The notes under the pieces are model-generated. The model was not told the DNA's origin and did no database searches. It was given only the letters and a program-made list of their open reading frames with translations. Below are positions 42,406 to 64,000 of a stretch of 64,000 nt of DNA, in pieces. The position numbers and the translations under genes are program-made. The DNA is from the human T2T-CHM13v2.0 reference genome, Homo sapiens, in assembly GCF_009914755.1 (NCBI RefSeq), contig NC_060937.1, one strand, 5' to 3'. Each line of letters starts with the position of its first letter. The first letter of the stretch is position 1.

Positions 42406-42817
42406 CTGTAGCTGCCCTGCTTCCTGAAATGACAGTCCAAGGCAGGACCTATGACCAACCCTTGACTTACATAGCAATGAACAATGATGAGGGCTCAAAT
42501 CCACTGAGCTTGTGCAGAAACCTCTGAGTGCTCTCAGCAGGCTCTAGTGCCTACTTGGAGCACTCATCAACCACTCAATATTTTGACACGGATAACCTGA
42601 TCTTGGGGACTGTCCACCACGCCCAGCAGGCCTGTGGGTTGCTGGATACTGCAGTGAGATGTTGGATGGTGCAGGAGAGGCAGGGCAGCAATGAGCTGTT
42701 GAATATGCCTTCGTGAACTCACAGTAACAAAATTGGAGAAAAAGAAAAAAATTCCCTTAAAACAGAAAAAGAAATCTAAGGCTTGTACCGAAGATATCTA
42801 ACTCGACCTCCACATAG

Positions 42818-44368
<1,551 letters not shown>

Positions 44369-44811
44369 TATGAAGAGTGTTTTATATGCACCTGCTGATG
44401 GCAGCAAAAGTTTACTGGAAGTTTAAAGGCAGTTGTAGCAATCCAAGAACTCGTTCATTCATTCCTTCATTCAACTGTCAATGTTAGAACCTGTTTGTGA
44501 CGGAAATTGAGGACACAACAGCAAATTCAAAAAATTGGGTTTCTGTTCTCACAGAATTTACAATTTGGTGGTGAAGGTAGAGGGGTAATAAGCAGTTAGA
44601 GTGTGGGAAGTTTCTGTGATAGGAGAAGTAAAAGTTCAGATTTGAGGTTTCGGAGCATGACAAGGGGAGCGTTGTTTAATGGAGGAGAATGGGAAAGGAG
44701 AGAAAAGAGCAAACCCTAGAGGCACCAGAAAAAAAAGAAATGGCAGGGGCTAGATTGGATACAGAAGATAAAGGGGAGAAGAGAATCCCAGTTGGTCCCC
44801 AAGACTCAAAA

Positions 44812-46578
<1,767 letters not shown>

Positions 46579-48084
46579 AATGTCAAAGAAAGAGAAAGAA
46601 AAAAAAGTAAAGTTGATGCCCATCAACAGGAGTTAGTTAAAATAAAAATTTCTGAAAAGTGGAATACTATGCAGCCATTACAGCAATAAGGTAGATATAA
46701 CAACATACTTATTAATATAGAAAGATACTCATGATATATTTTAAGTGAAAAATCAGATTACAAATGGTACCTTATTTCATGTTTATACAAAGATCCATAT
46801 TGTATGTTTCTATCATGGTGCTTACATAGAAAAAGTCTGCAATGTTATCTCTGGAGGTGGAATTATGTGTTTTTATAAGGCAATTTCAGAAAAAAAGAAG
46901 GAATAAAGGGTGTTGGCTTTGCCTTCTGTGATTGGGCAAGTAATTTAGCCTCAATTTCCACATTTCATAAAATGGGATTATGAGAGTTAAATGAGGTAAT
47001 ACACCTATAGGATTTTGCACATGGTAAGAGCTCAAAGAAGGATCTTTTATTCTCACAGAATGGCTTCTTAAGATGTGGTTAATAACTTACAACTGAGTGG
47101 GGTCTTGGGAAGACCTGCAGCCAGGAATGTTGTCTCAAACTGCAGAAGTGAATGGGAACGGCATTTAGGTAGGAGCTGCTGGTATTTCTCTAGACTCAAA
47201 CTTTTCCCTCATTTTCCCTCCTTTCTGTCTGTGCTCAAGGCTCAACTCCTTCAGAAAATAGGAAAAAAAAAAAAACAACTCCTCTCCCAGGCTCCATAAT
47301 CTTCTGCAATTGTGTGTCACTCATTGTATGTGACAGCCTGCTTTTCAGTTTGTGGTTCTTCTGAGCAGGACCCTGGCTCACCACCCAGAACCCAAACGAC
47401 CACCACACAGCTGTTTACCCCGTAAGCACTCGGTTAGTGCCTACTGTGGGCAAAACTTAGATTCACAGAGTTGGAAAATTAAATATTTCAGGAAAAAGGA
47501 AAACATCAGGCTTAGGCAAGGCTAAGGAGAAGGTTTCAGAAGAGGTTACTAAGTAATTACAACAGTCCTATTCCTTTTTTTTTTCCCATAAAAGTGGAAA
47601 AAGCTAAGGTAGATTTGGAATTTGTAATTAAGTCTGTAGAGATAGGAAATTATACAAACTAATGGGTGAAATATCCTGGAAACCTTTATCAGGACCAGGA
47701 CACCAGGACGGCTAGAAAGTTATAATTTAATAAAACATAAAGGCAAGCCCTAGTAAACTTTGGCGTAATATTTGAGGAAGTAAATTGGAGAAATGAAGCC
47801 ATGAAAGTGGGGAAGCCGAGAGATTTCTGGTGCACATACCATGACCACACCAAAGTTTTTTCAGGGGTAGTGTTATTACAGGGGCCTTTCAGTAACAGAT
47901 TTTTAAAAAATTGTATCACTTTGCCTATAAAATCTTGATACATGACTAAAATATTGTACTTCACAAACCAAATTCGGTTCAATTAAATTGTTGAATCTAG
48001 GTGGTAGGTAAAGAATGCTCATGCACTATTATTTCAACTTATTAGTAAATTTGAAACTTTCTATAATAAAAAGTCAAAAGGAAA

Positions 48085-50540
<2,456 letters not shown>

Positions 50541-50791
50541 GGGGGAGTGTGTTTCAGTCAGCTCCCAGACCAGTCTGCATTCTTAATTACTTTAAAAATG
50601 AATGCTCTGAACATTGGGGGGTTTCAGTAAGAGACAGTAGACAACTCCATGCAAACCCTGCACTGAGATTCTAAAAGTCCCAACAAGGGACTTTTAGTAC
50701 AAATCCCTTTTAGGTATAAAGAGTAACAATAATCATGAAACAAACACTTAGCGGAATCAAGGTGAAAAGAACTCCTACTCTTCATCTAGAA

Positions 50792-51443
50792 CAGGGCTAG
50801 CCAATGAAACAGAATGTGAGTCACAACTTCAAGCCTTGTACATCATTTACAAATTCTGTTGGCTGTATAAAGTAAAAGGAAGCAGGTGAAATTAAGTTTA
50901 ATAACATATTTCGCTGAATGCGATATATCCAAAATACTATCATTTTAATATATAATCAATGTAAAAATTGTTTTAATTTTATTATTATTTTTTCTTTTTG
51001 AGGCAGGTTCTTGCTCTGCATCCAGGCTGGAGTGCGGTGACGTGATCATGGCTACTGCAGCCTCGACCACCTGGGCTCAATCAATCCTCCAACCTCAGCC
51101 TCCCAAGTAGCTGGGACTAAAGGTGTACACCACCACACTCAACTCATTTTTGTATTTTCTGTAGAGATGGGATTTTGCCATGTTATCCAGGCTGGTCTCA
51201 AACTCCTAGGATCAAGCGATCCACCCGCCTTGGCTTCATAAAGTGCTGGGATGACAGGTGTGACCCACCGAGCCCGGCCAATATAAAAATTATTAATAAT
51301 ATATTTTACATTCTTTTTTTCATACTAAGTCTTCAAAATCTAGTGTGTATTTTACAATTAGAGTACATCTCAATTTGGACCAGACACACTTCAAGCTCTC
51401 AATAGCCACATGTGGCTGGTGGCTACCGTACCGGACAGCACAG
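50792..51443. mobile_element. MER33 (hAT-Charlie) split by an antisense Alu (50975-51279)
   Basis: MER33-type end CTCAATAGCCACATGTGGCTGGTGGCTACCGTACCGGACAGCACAG; TSD ATCTAGAA/ATCTAGAC. Confidence 0.8.
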
Positions 51444-51811
51444 ATCTAGACCTGTGATAGGAATCACCAAAGGTTCTCATTAAAAAAGCAGAGTCTGAGC
51501 GTTTTGCCCCAGTTTTGAGTCAGCATGTCTGGAATGGGAGCCAGGAATCCACATTTTAAACATTTGCTCAGATGATTCTTACACAGTTGTTCAACAGACC
51601 ACATGCTGAGAAAGGATGATTTATTCTAGTCCATTGACTTGTTTGAAAGATAACATGTGCGTCTCAGTGTCTCATAGTCTAGTCCAAAACCATGTTCCAT
51701 AGCATTAGTTTAAAGAGACAAGAGATGTCATAACTATAGAAGATATAGGGGAAAGTTGTTTTTTGTTGTCCAAAGAAGGAATGGAGAATTCCTCCCACAA
51801 GAGAATCTTTC

Positions 51812-52130
<319 letters not shown>

Positions 52131-52656
52131 AATTTGTTGTTCTTAAAAAAAAGAATCTTGCATAGTTTCTCATACAAATCCCGAGGAAAACAACATTTTC
52201 CTTCAGCACTTACTATTGGGCTATTTCTGCATGTATTTTTTGAAAATTTAAATCAATACACCTATGAGTAATGTTTTTCTGTTTTTAAGGAGTTTTACTT
52301 CCTCAATCATCTGCAAATGTTTTAGGGGAGACTCAGTGTCCTACACACCGCACTCTCAAACAGGAAGTAAAAACTACCTTGTGACTCAGAAAATGCCAGA
52401 GAACCAGACTCAAACTAGACCAGACTAATACGGTTCTTTCTGTTTTCATGCAGCAGGTTATATTATCTAAAGTAATGGTAAGACTGCTACTGTATCCTCA
52501 CATCTGCTTATTGTTTTCTTATCTCCAATTTCAACTCAATAATAGTTAAACTCATAAGTGAATTTGCTTCCATAAGTATAAAACTGTCCTTCTCAAGGGC
52601 AACAAGCAAGGAGAATTATGCTAAAAATGGTATCTTAGAGTCCTTTGTGGTCTCAC

Positions 52657-52825
52657 CTGTATCCGTTATCAAGACCCTTTTGCTCACAAGGAAATGATTT
52701 TCGAGAGAAGGTCCACGTACATCTGATTTGTGGGTAGGCTTTAAACCTGACAGAAAAACAAAACTCTTCATATTGGTCAATTTCATAATCTTCACTTGAA
52801 TTGGTAGCATTTATAAATCCCTTTT
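52657..52825 (-). CDS. FLT3: FLT3 exon 9 (169 nt; KGFINATNSSEDYEIDQYEEFCFSVRFKAYPQIRCTWTFSRKSFPCEQKGLDNGY)
   Basis: Read manually; CAG acceptor, GTGAGA donor. Confidence 0.96.
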
Positions 52826-53765
52826 CTGTAAGAAAAAATAGGCATTTATGAGTTAGTTAATAATATTCATAGGGAAACGTATTGAGAAGATAAAATAAAC
52901 TTGTATTCATCAGTTTAACACAGGAAAACTCAAGTGTTGGCATGCTGCAGGTCAGGTTGGATAATCCAAGTGAAAACCCAGGAGTCCTATCCCTAGTTCT
53001 AAGCCTGAGCTCATCATCTTTCGAAGTTAAGAAATGTTTAAAAAAAGAAAGAAGGAAAGAAAAAGAATGGGATGTAGATAATTGACTGTCTGGCCCCTGC
53101 TCTCAGCCAGCACCACTCTTCCATTGATGAGAGAGAGTAAAATAAACTCAAGGCACAAATAAAAGAGCAATCTGGCTAGCAATATTCACGAGGTTGCCTT
53201 ATGGAACACTTCCTTATTAATCTGCTAAGAGCATCGCTGTATTTCTCGGCATTTTCATTATGGCTGAACGCTGTGCCCTAATCTGAGATTATTGAACTGT
53301 GGTTATTTTCAGATCCTACATACCCCACCAAAATTTCAGTGCATCTAAGGGCTTGTACTGTCTCTCAGTGCTCACTGCCCTAACAGTGCGGTTAGTTGGT
53401 TCTTAGAACTAGTATTTATTGTCCTTTTTGTGTCAGGCTCTGTGTCAGGTTCTGGAACTACAAGGATAGAATGAGTTGTTCTTGTCCTTAAGAAACTTAC
53501 AGTCTACTGGAGGATAAAAGTACACAAACAGATGGTCATATTACAATGTGTTATATGCAAAGACAGTGGCATTCAAGCGAGCCTGGTTTAACGGGAAAAG
53601 GAAGAGGGTGGGCAGATTATCTTTGCAAAGCTATTCTAACTCAGTTTCTTTCTTAGTGTTTGATAGTAGCATTATATTGAAATCAGAATTTGTACCACAT
53701 ACTTCACATTCCACACTACAGCGACTAAAAATAGGAATAAAGATTGTGTGAGCAGCCTGCATTAC

Positions 53766-53919
53766 CTACGATGGTAACCAAAGCTGATTGACTGGGATGC
53801 TTTGAAGAGGAACAAGTGTAGTATCCGGTGTCGTTTCTTGCCACTGATGATACAAAAGCAAACAGAATCCGTATCATAGTTCTGTTTGTTGAATAGGTAC
53901 TCATCTCAAAGTAGTTGCC
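53766..53919 (-). CDS. FLT3: FLT3 exon 8 (154 nt; GNYFEMSTYSTNRTMIRILFAFVSSVARNDTGYYTCSSSKHPSQSALVTIV)
   Basis: Ig DxGxYxC motif; TAG acceptor, GTAATG donor. Confidence 0.96.
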
Positions 53920-54016
53920 CTAGGTTTTAATAAAACAGAGTTTGCATTTAATGTTTTCAATCCAGACTATTAGTTAATTGTTCCTGCATTTTCAGAATAC
54001 AAACTTGTCCTATTAC

Positions 54017-54156
54017 CTCCTCGAGTGCTTTGTTTTCTAATTCCCAGGTGAGCCCGAATCCATGGTTCACATGAACAGCTTTGCACCTTATCCATAAGGG
54101 TTCCCCTACTTTAAGAAATAATTGTGGCAATGTGGTCTGAGGAGTTTGATTTAGAT
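54017..54156 (-). CDS. FLT3: FLT3 exon 7 (140 nt; LNQTPQTTLPQLFLKVGEPLWIRCKAVHVNHGFGLTWELENKALEE)
   Basis: TAG acceptor, GTAATA donor. Confidence 0.97.
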
Positions 54157-54476
54157 CTAGGAGATGAAAACATCCCAAGTGAGAAAAAAAAAGTGATTTT
54201 TGCCTCATCACAAAAGATATCCTGAACATTCTGAACAAAGACTTTAGCATCATCTCAAATATTACTAACCACATTAATAAAAGAAGCTTTTAGAGACTGA
54301 CTCCTCTTTTATGAAGAAATCAGCATTTACAGAATCCATAATATTGCATTTACTGTGACCTGAAGGAATGATAGGATTTCTGAAGTTGAATGATCACCTA
54401 CGCAGTTACTGTTAGTCCCTGATAGTTGCTAAGAACCGGTCACTGAAAATGAAAGTGCATGATATTATAGTGTTAC

Positions 54477-54604
54477 CTATTGTGAACAGCCTGGTGCATT
54501 CCCTGCCCAGTTCATTTCTGGCACAGCACCTTATGTCCATCCCAAATAATTCATGAAGCACTTTTTCCTCCTTTTTAACAACAGCTGGACTTTCTTCTTT
54601 ACAG
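54477..54604 (-). CDS. FLT3: FLT3 exon 6 (128 nt; CKEESPAVVKKEEKVLHELFGMDIRCCARNELGRECTRLFTI)
   Basis: CAG acceptor, GTAACA donor; codon 227 is ATG. Confidence 0.96.
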
Positions 54605-55329
54605 CTGCAATTAGAAAAGAAGTACCATTTGGCTAAACAAGTTTTAAAATTACAAATGAATGCTCAAGAGGAGAACAAAGTTCTAGAGCCAGTTTTAAGG
54701 GTCAAATGGTAAACAAAAGGTCAAAAGGTAAACAAGCCCATATCTATGGTTTCAGCTAAGAGCTCAGAGGGGAGCTAGCTAGTTACTCATTATCGCAATG
54801 AATTAGCATAACACTAAGGAGAATTACATAACAAAACAGTTTAAAATTGTTCATGTTTGGTGATCTCTTTGTTGCTGTTGTTTAAAGACAGGGAAAGAAA
54901 GGGAAAAAAATGAGAAAGAAGATAAAGGAAAAAAAGAGAAGAAAGAGAGAAGAGAAAAAGCATGATTGGGCTTTCATGAAGTTTAGCAAGGTAAGCATCC
55001 TTTTGGGACGCAGTAAGGGAGGGGGAAGCTAAAGTTTCAAAAGTCACCCGAGTTCCCATAGGAACAGAGGAGGGCCAAGGTGTCACCCACAAGGGAAGTC
55101 AGCCAAGACTCCCAAGTATTCAACAGAGCAAAACCCCTCTCCCTGCCTCAGCAGAAAGCGAACTTTTGTACCACTTTGGAACAAAGTATTTGGTACTTTT
55201 TCTCCTTCTATTTGGTCCTATTTTAAAAAAAAAAAAAGTTGTTTAGTAAATTTTAATTAGTTCAAACTGCATGAATTTTTACTTTGTAAGAACTTAACTT
55301 TGGCATATATGAAAAACTATGTAAACATT

Positions 55330-56778
<1,449 letters not shown>

Positions 56779-56927
56779 CTATACTGGCCATTTTTTAACT
56801 TTAAGAAGCCAAAGTTTCCTGTTTAAATGAGCATAAATTAAATTTTACATACAGCTTGATGTCAACTACATTAGAAAAAGGCCAAAAGGAAATTATGAGA
56901 ATAGCAGCTACCATGGATGTGTCATAC

Positions 56928-57057
56928 CTTTCCCCCTGTGAATCGCAAAGCACCCATTCCACGATCGGCTCTGGAACGCTCTCAGATATGCAGACCAGGG
57001 CGTCCTGGTTTTCCATTTTTCTAAAGTAAGGTCTTCTTAATGTGTAAAGCAGGGTAT
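56928..57057 (-). CDS. FLT3: FLT3 exon 5 (130 nt; TLLYTLRRPYFRKMENQDALVCISESVPEPIVEWVLCDSQGE)
   Basis: TAG acceptor, GTATGA donor. Confidence 0.97.
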
Positions 57058-57557
57058 CTAAAGCATCATAAGTTATTAACATTTTACTATTTTAAAAATA
57101 ATTCTCTTAGCAGCCCCTCAGAAAAGGATTCTATGTCATTATGAAAAGTTCTCAACCATTACGTATACATATTTTTTTCTTTTTTCATAATAAAGGCATC
57201 AAAAGCAAACCAACCATTATATTAAATTTAGCTGTGGCTGCAGTGTCAACTTGAACATTTCTCCTCTTGGCCAATTTCTTTGGGTATTTCACAAATCCAC
57301 AGCTAACTAAAGTAGTCGAGTGAAGCCATGTGAAAATACAAATATTGATAGGCACAGGAAAAAGGAAATTAGCAATAACATATGGCTTAAACCCTTGTTT
57401 AACACATAGTTTAGACCTCAACTTTCTTCCTATAATTTGATCTGCAACTAGGCAGAAATATACTAAGATTTAGAAAGACAGAAGAAACATGGTAGGGTGG
57501 AGTTGGAATTGCAACAGAACTTAAGAGGTTTAGTTGAGCCTCCCACTCACCCTGGAT

Positions 57558-57578
57558 CACACACACACACACACACAC
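57558..57578. repeat. (CA)n microsatellite
   Basis: About 10 CA units. Confidence 0.9.
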
Positions 57579-58219
57579 CATCCTTCACTCCCAGCTATTT
57601 CTAACATAAACTTTCTACTTCTACTTTGACTCTTCTAGAGACTGGAGTTCATGACCTCCCAGGGCAGGTCATTCTAATTTCTGACAAACTTTTTTTTTTT
57701 TAAAGAAAGTTTCCCTATACTGAATTCCAGCCTCTCTCCTTACAATAAATTTTGTTTGAAAATACTATGTACTGTTTGATATATATATATATATATGAAA
57801 GAATATATGGAGTGTAAATTTCAAAGCATAACAACAACAAATACCCACGGAGCCACTATCCACCTAATAACTAGAATATTAATAAATACCTTTTGATCTA
57901 CTTTTATGCTTCTCCCCACCTCTCAACTGCACGTATCCTTTATCCTGAATTTTGTTGATTATTCGAGGACTCTTCAAAGTAGTTATACCAAATAAATATG
58001 TGGCACTAAACAATATATTGATTTTTTCATTCTTGAGCTTCAAAATAGTGTTATCAATCAATATGTAACTTCTACAACTTCATTTTTTCATCCAACCTTA
58101 TGTTTTTAAAATTCATCCATGGTTTTACATGTAGCTATACTTTATTCATTTTTTTTTTTTACTGCTACATAATATTCTATTGGTAAATATATCATTATTT
58201 TTTCATTTTCTTGCAGTAG

Positions 58220-58408
<189 letters not shown>

Positions 58409-58710
58409 TGATCAACCATGTGCTCTGAACATTCTACACATTTGTACTGAGGCATGTGTATAACAGTTTCCTTAATAACATTCTTAAGAGTGGAACTGCT
58501 GGTCTACATGGTATGAGCACATTCAGCCTTACACATAATGATCATTTGTTTTCCAAAGTGGTTATACTAATTTATGTTACACAGCAGGATATGAGAGCAC
58601 CTATTGCTTTATAGACTTACCAAGACTTCTTAATTTTCAGCAATCCAGCAAGTATAAAATGGTATTTCATTGTGGTCTTAATTTAATTTCTCCATTATTA
58701 ATTTAACATG

Positions 58711-59236
58711 TGTTAAAATAATTAATTGGGAGTCCATTAGGCTGAGACAACTCTAACAGCTTGAGTTCCTAGGTAAACAAATCACAACACAACTCAAAAA
58801 AAAAAAAAGGAAAAGAATAAAGGCCGGGCAAGGTGGCTCACGCCTGTAATCCCAGCACTTAGGGAGGGTGAGGCGGGAGGATCGCTTGAGCCCAGGAGTT
58901 CGAGACCAGCCTAGGTAACATGCCAAAACCCCGTCTCTACAAAAACAACAACAACAAAAAGCAAAAAACAAACCCAATTCAATATGAGCAGCAAAATGCA
59001 ACTTAGCTTAATCAATGAGGAACTGCAAACTGACCAATCCAGGGACTGTCCTTCTTTAAACAATCAAATCTTTTCTTTGTCTTGCTTCCGGGAACACATT
59101 ATAGAAAGAAGTCTTACCCTTGAATCTCCTCACTGGAGCCCACCTGCTTGCCATCTGGTACTGCCTGATTCATGAATTGCTTTCTGCTCAAATATACTCT
59201 TTACAACTTTAACGTGCCTAAGTTTATCTTTTAACA
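58711..59236 (+). mobile_element. ERV1 solo LTR (MER93-like) with internal Alu monomer (58822-58970)
   Basis: TGTTAAAATAATTAATTGGGAG start, TTTATCTTTTAACA end (TG...CA); CCAAT, TATA-like and degenerate poly(A) box. Confidence 0.65.
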
Positions 59237-61080
59237 TGTTTCTTGACCATTTAGGTTTCATGTTCCAAAAATGAAATGCCTACTCATGTCCTTTGTTCAT
59301 TGCTCTACTAGGTTTTCATTTTGTTCGTTTTTCTTATTGACTTATTGACTTATATAGATTGTTTATCTTATTGACTTTACATATTATGACTATTAATCCT
59401 TTGTTGATTGTGAACTGCAAGTATTTTTTCCCATCTTGAGGTGATTTTTACTTTTTCTCCCTGTAATTTCTAACAATTGGTTCTTATCATATCCTCTAGA
59501 GCAACTTTTTTAAAGTCTAGCTTTGATTCCATATGAAAATCTTTCAAATATTTAAAATCAGAAACCGAGATCAAGGGAGATAATTACCATACAAGGTACT
59601 TTAACTAGTTAGCTCAGGTTTCCTGACTCAAATCCCAAAAGAATTTCCTCTGCATTACACTGCAATCAATCTTATCGTCTCCTCAAAACATTTCCTTCTA
59701 TATACTACACATTCCCAATTCCTTCAACTGCTCCTAATTTAAAGAATTCCAAGTTTTCCACTATCCTGGTTGCTCATTTTGTCAGTATTCATCTTTAAAA
59801 AAGTAGAACTGAAATGAATAAGCTTCTATTAATTTCCTTAATTTAGACGTTATATTTTCATGAACACTGCCAAGGTTCAAATTTACTTTTTTGGCAACCA
59901 TGCCACGCTGGTGGTTAATACTGAGCTTGTGGTTGACTAAACCCTTTCCTCTTTTTCACACTGACTGTTGCCACATCTCTCCCACCTATTTTTTGGATCC
60001 CACCACCTTGCAGAATGCTAAAAATAAGTTATAATTTACCTGAATAACTGTTGTTACATTTTTACATTGTAAATCTTAAGTGAAAGGAATATACCCTAAG
60101 TATAACAGAGACACAGCAGATGCCCACTTACCTTATACAACTGTTTATACTTGGCAAGAAAATTTTAAAAGGAGAGAAAAAAGGAGAAAGAGGAAGAGAA
60201 GTAGAGAACAAGAAACGTCCTAGCTTCATCCAACCTGGGGCACGTATTTACTGTCCCACAGAGGCGGTGAGGGACTAGAAAGGGGGCAGGGAACATGACC
60301 GACATTAAAGAGCAACATAAGGTGATTCTCGGCTTTGGAGCTTGTAGGGCTCTGGTCCTATCATTTTCAGAGTAATTAAAGGACTTTCCAGAATAAATTT
60401 TGGGTAATTTTGACTTTAGCTCATGTATACCTTACAGGCTGACTTTAGAACCTTACTCCACCCCCAACCCCAGTAAGATGATGCTTCTGGGACTCTTGCG
60501 TGCTCTCTTCTGTTAGTAGCTTTGACAGCAAGACCCACACATTCTCACACAAGACCCAGGGCAGTGTGGTGCAGAAAGCCTCCAGCTGTGCCCACCACCA
60601 CACCTCTCAGAGGGGCTGTTTTCTCATCTACATGCATGCAGGATCGCTGTGAGCATCTGAGATGAAACAGGCAGAAGATCTTCAGCAAAGGGCAGTTGTG
60701 GTTACTCCTGACCCAGGGCACCTCTGTGGGCCGGACATTTAGTCACTGACAAGGAAGAGGGGAGCCTGGCAAGTTGTGTCAATGTGTCGGGGGGACCTAA
60801 TTTCAAGTGATATTAACCCAGGGTTTTTGGAGCACTGCACTGGCCCCTAAAGGCACGAGGACCTAAGTGAATGCAGACACCTTTAGTCCTTCTTGGTCAT
60901 GGAAGGCGAAGCAGCAAGTTCAGTGTGCATAGCACGGAGTCTGTGCATGATGGGGACGAAACAAGGAGAAGCCAGAAAGCACACGCAGGTGGTGCCTCTG
61001 CCAACTGCACAGCTGCCTCCCTTGGTCAGAACATCTGGACCGTTCCTTACAGTTTGCATATGGTCTAGCACGCATGTGGG

Positions 61081-61295
61081 CCTGCGCTGTCCAACACAGT
61101 AGCCCCTAGCTGCATGGGGCTATTTACATTCCAATTTTAACAAATTAAAATTAAATAAAATTAAAACTTTAGTTCCTCAGTCACCTTAGCCACCTTTCAA
61201 GTGTTCAACAGCCCCATGTGGCCAGTGGCTACTGTATTGGAAAGAACAGACAAGATCATTTTCATCATCTCAGAAAGTTCTATTGGATCACGCTG
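61081..61295. mobile_element. MER3 (hAT-Charlie)
   Basis: CTGCGCTGTCCAA...CCATGTGGCCAGTGGCTACTGTATTGGA...AGAAAGTTCTATTGGA. Confidence 0.78.
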
Positions 61296-61728
61296 AGACC
61301 TTCCAATCCTGTGAGGTACGTATTTTTATCCTCATTTTACCAATAAGGAAATCGGGGCTCAGAGAAATTGTGACCTGCCATAGGTGGTAGTATCAGAACC
61401 AGAATTAGAACAGAGGTCTTCTGATTCCAAGGTCAAAATGTTTTCCATTTCTTCCCTGTCAGCCATCTGCTACTGAACAGAGGACGTCCCAGGCGTTTTT
61501 AGCAGCAGTCACATTCTGAGAGCCCACGGCACACATCAGTGATTCATCAGTGATTCTCAGTTCTCTATAGGTTCTACAGAGGGTTGACAGGAATCTAATC
61601 AATCCAACTACGTATCAAGGGAAACCTGAATATGTCTAGAGGAGCTGGTCAAGCTAACGGGTTCTAAACCACTCCTTTGAAATATTGTGGTATTCCAGGC
61701 TGGAATACTAGTAGCAGGCTGGACTTAC

Positions 61729-61844
61729 TTCTTATACTCACTGTAAACAATATTGTGTAATTGGTAGCTTCACTCTGAATAAAAAGTAGGTATTCTCCAG
61801 CTTGGGTTTCTGTCATTTTCAAAATGACCATGGAAACAACTCCT
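61729..61844 (-). CDS. FLT3: FLT3 exon 4 (116 nt; GVVSMVILKMTETQAGEYLLFIQSEATNYTILFTVSIR)
   Basis: CAG acceptor, GTAAGT donor; phase fits exon 5. Confidence 0.95.
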
Positions 61845-62126
61845 CTGCAAAACAGGAAAGAGAACTAGTTATTTTGGAAAATGTGTGAAACTAAAAACAA
61901 AATTTCATAGTGACTAAAAAGGCAGTTTGGTACTCCAGCGTTCCCCGACTGGCACGGAAGCCGCTCTGTGGAGAACACAGCTTCTGTCATGTGCCCAGCA
62001 CTCAGCCTGGGCGTTGCTCGTTGAACCCTGACTTTTAACCAGTCCTCCCCTTGAGGGTGGGAGAGCTCCATTCCGGTGCCATCATCTCACCTTCTCTGAG
62101 CTTCTAGGATCGGAAACTCCCATCTA

Positions 62127-63420
<1,294 letters not shown>

Positions 63421-64000
63421 GCAGCCAAAAAACAAGAAGTGAGTAATACAATCGCAAAAGAGGAAAGGAAAATGAATGCGTTCCAAGATTTAGAACTCAA
63501 CTTCAGAACTATACTCACTGTCCTGCAAATCACTTAAGAGAAGAATGTATTTGACCTTAAAAACAAATACAAATAACTGGTACAAGTTGATCACAGAGAC
63601 GTTCTCCAAGACCCTATCAAGGGGCCCGATACCCCTTGCAGGCCATTTGGGTACTGTTTACTACATAGTTCCTGGAAAGCGCATGCCTTCTCTACACCTA
63701 AGGGACAACAGGACAGCCACAAGAATGTAAAAGAAAGGCTGCGTTAAGAGGGCATTTAATTGACCTATGTCCTTTGCCCCATCTCATTTCGGCAAGAGGA
63801 CAAGGACAGCAGGGGGCAGCAATCAGCATAGAGCTATACAGGGTTAGGACATTACCCACACATCTTGGCTAAGACATTTTTCTGGATGAGATCGATGTTC
63901 CTCACAGACAGATCAATGTCTTACTAAATAATCTGTAGATAGCACATAACATTGCAATTCTGCTTATCATATTGTGAAACAAAATAGATAAGATCAAATG

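Noticed and set aside
44388-44408. Second CTCF-like motif CCTGCTGATGGCAGC
   Set aside because: Two core mismatches in a repeat-derived context.

Overview
This is human (hominid) genomic DNA containing the 3' two-thirds of FLT3, a class III receptor tyrosine kinase, on the minus strand. It holds exons 4-24 (c.369-2982, 2614 coding nt, all GT-AG junctions, frame continuous), the 3' UTR with two AATAAA signals, and about 7.6 kb of downstream flank. The allele has no ITD and is wild type at D835/I836, F691 and N676, but reads Met at codon 227 and C at c.1310-3. The rest is repeat-dense: dozens of Alus, old L1/L2/L3/MIR fragments, hAT DNA transposons (MER1B, MER3, MER5A, MER20, MER33), two ERV1-type solo LTRs and a ~1.65 kb AT-rich minisatellite. 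Most ORFs in the supplied track are Alu or low-complexity artefacts. I see no evidence for a new gene or multi-gene system. The best second-look items are in-frame splice options around the juxtamembrane domain (twin donors after exon 13, stop-free 90-nt intron 14), a one-base-from-perfect latent donor in intron 15, an Alu tail abutting the distal poly(A) site, and several template-switch/duplication scars. Repeat family names, SNP identities and residue numbering come from recalled knowledge, and repeat boundaries are approximate.
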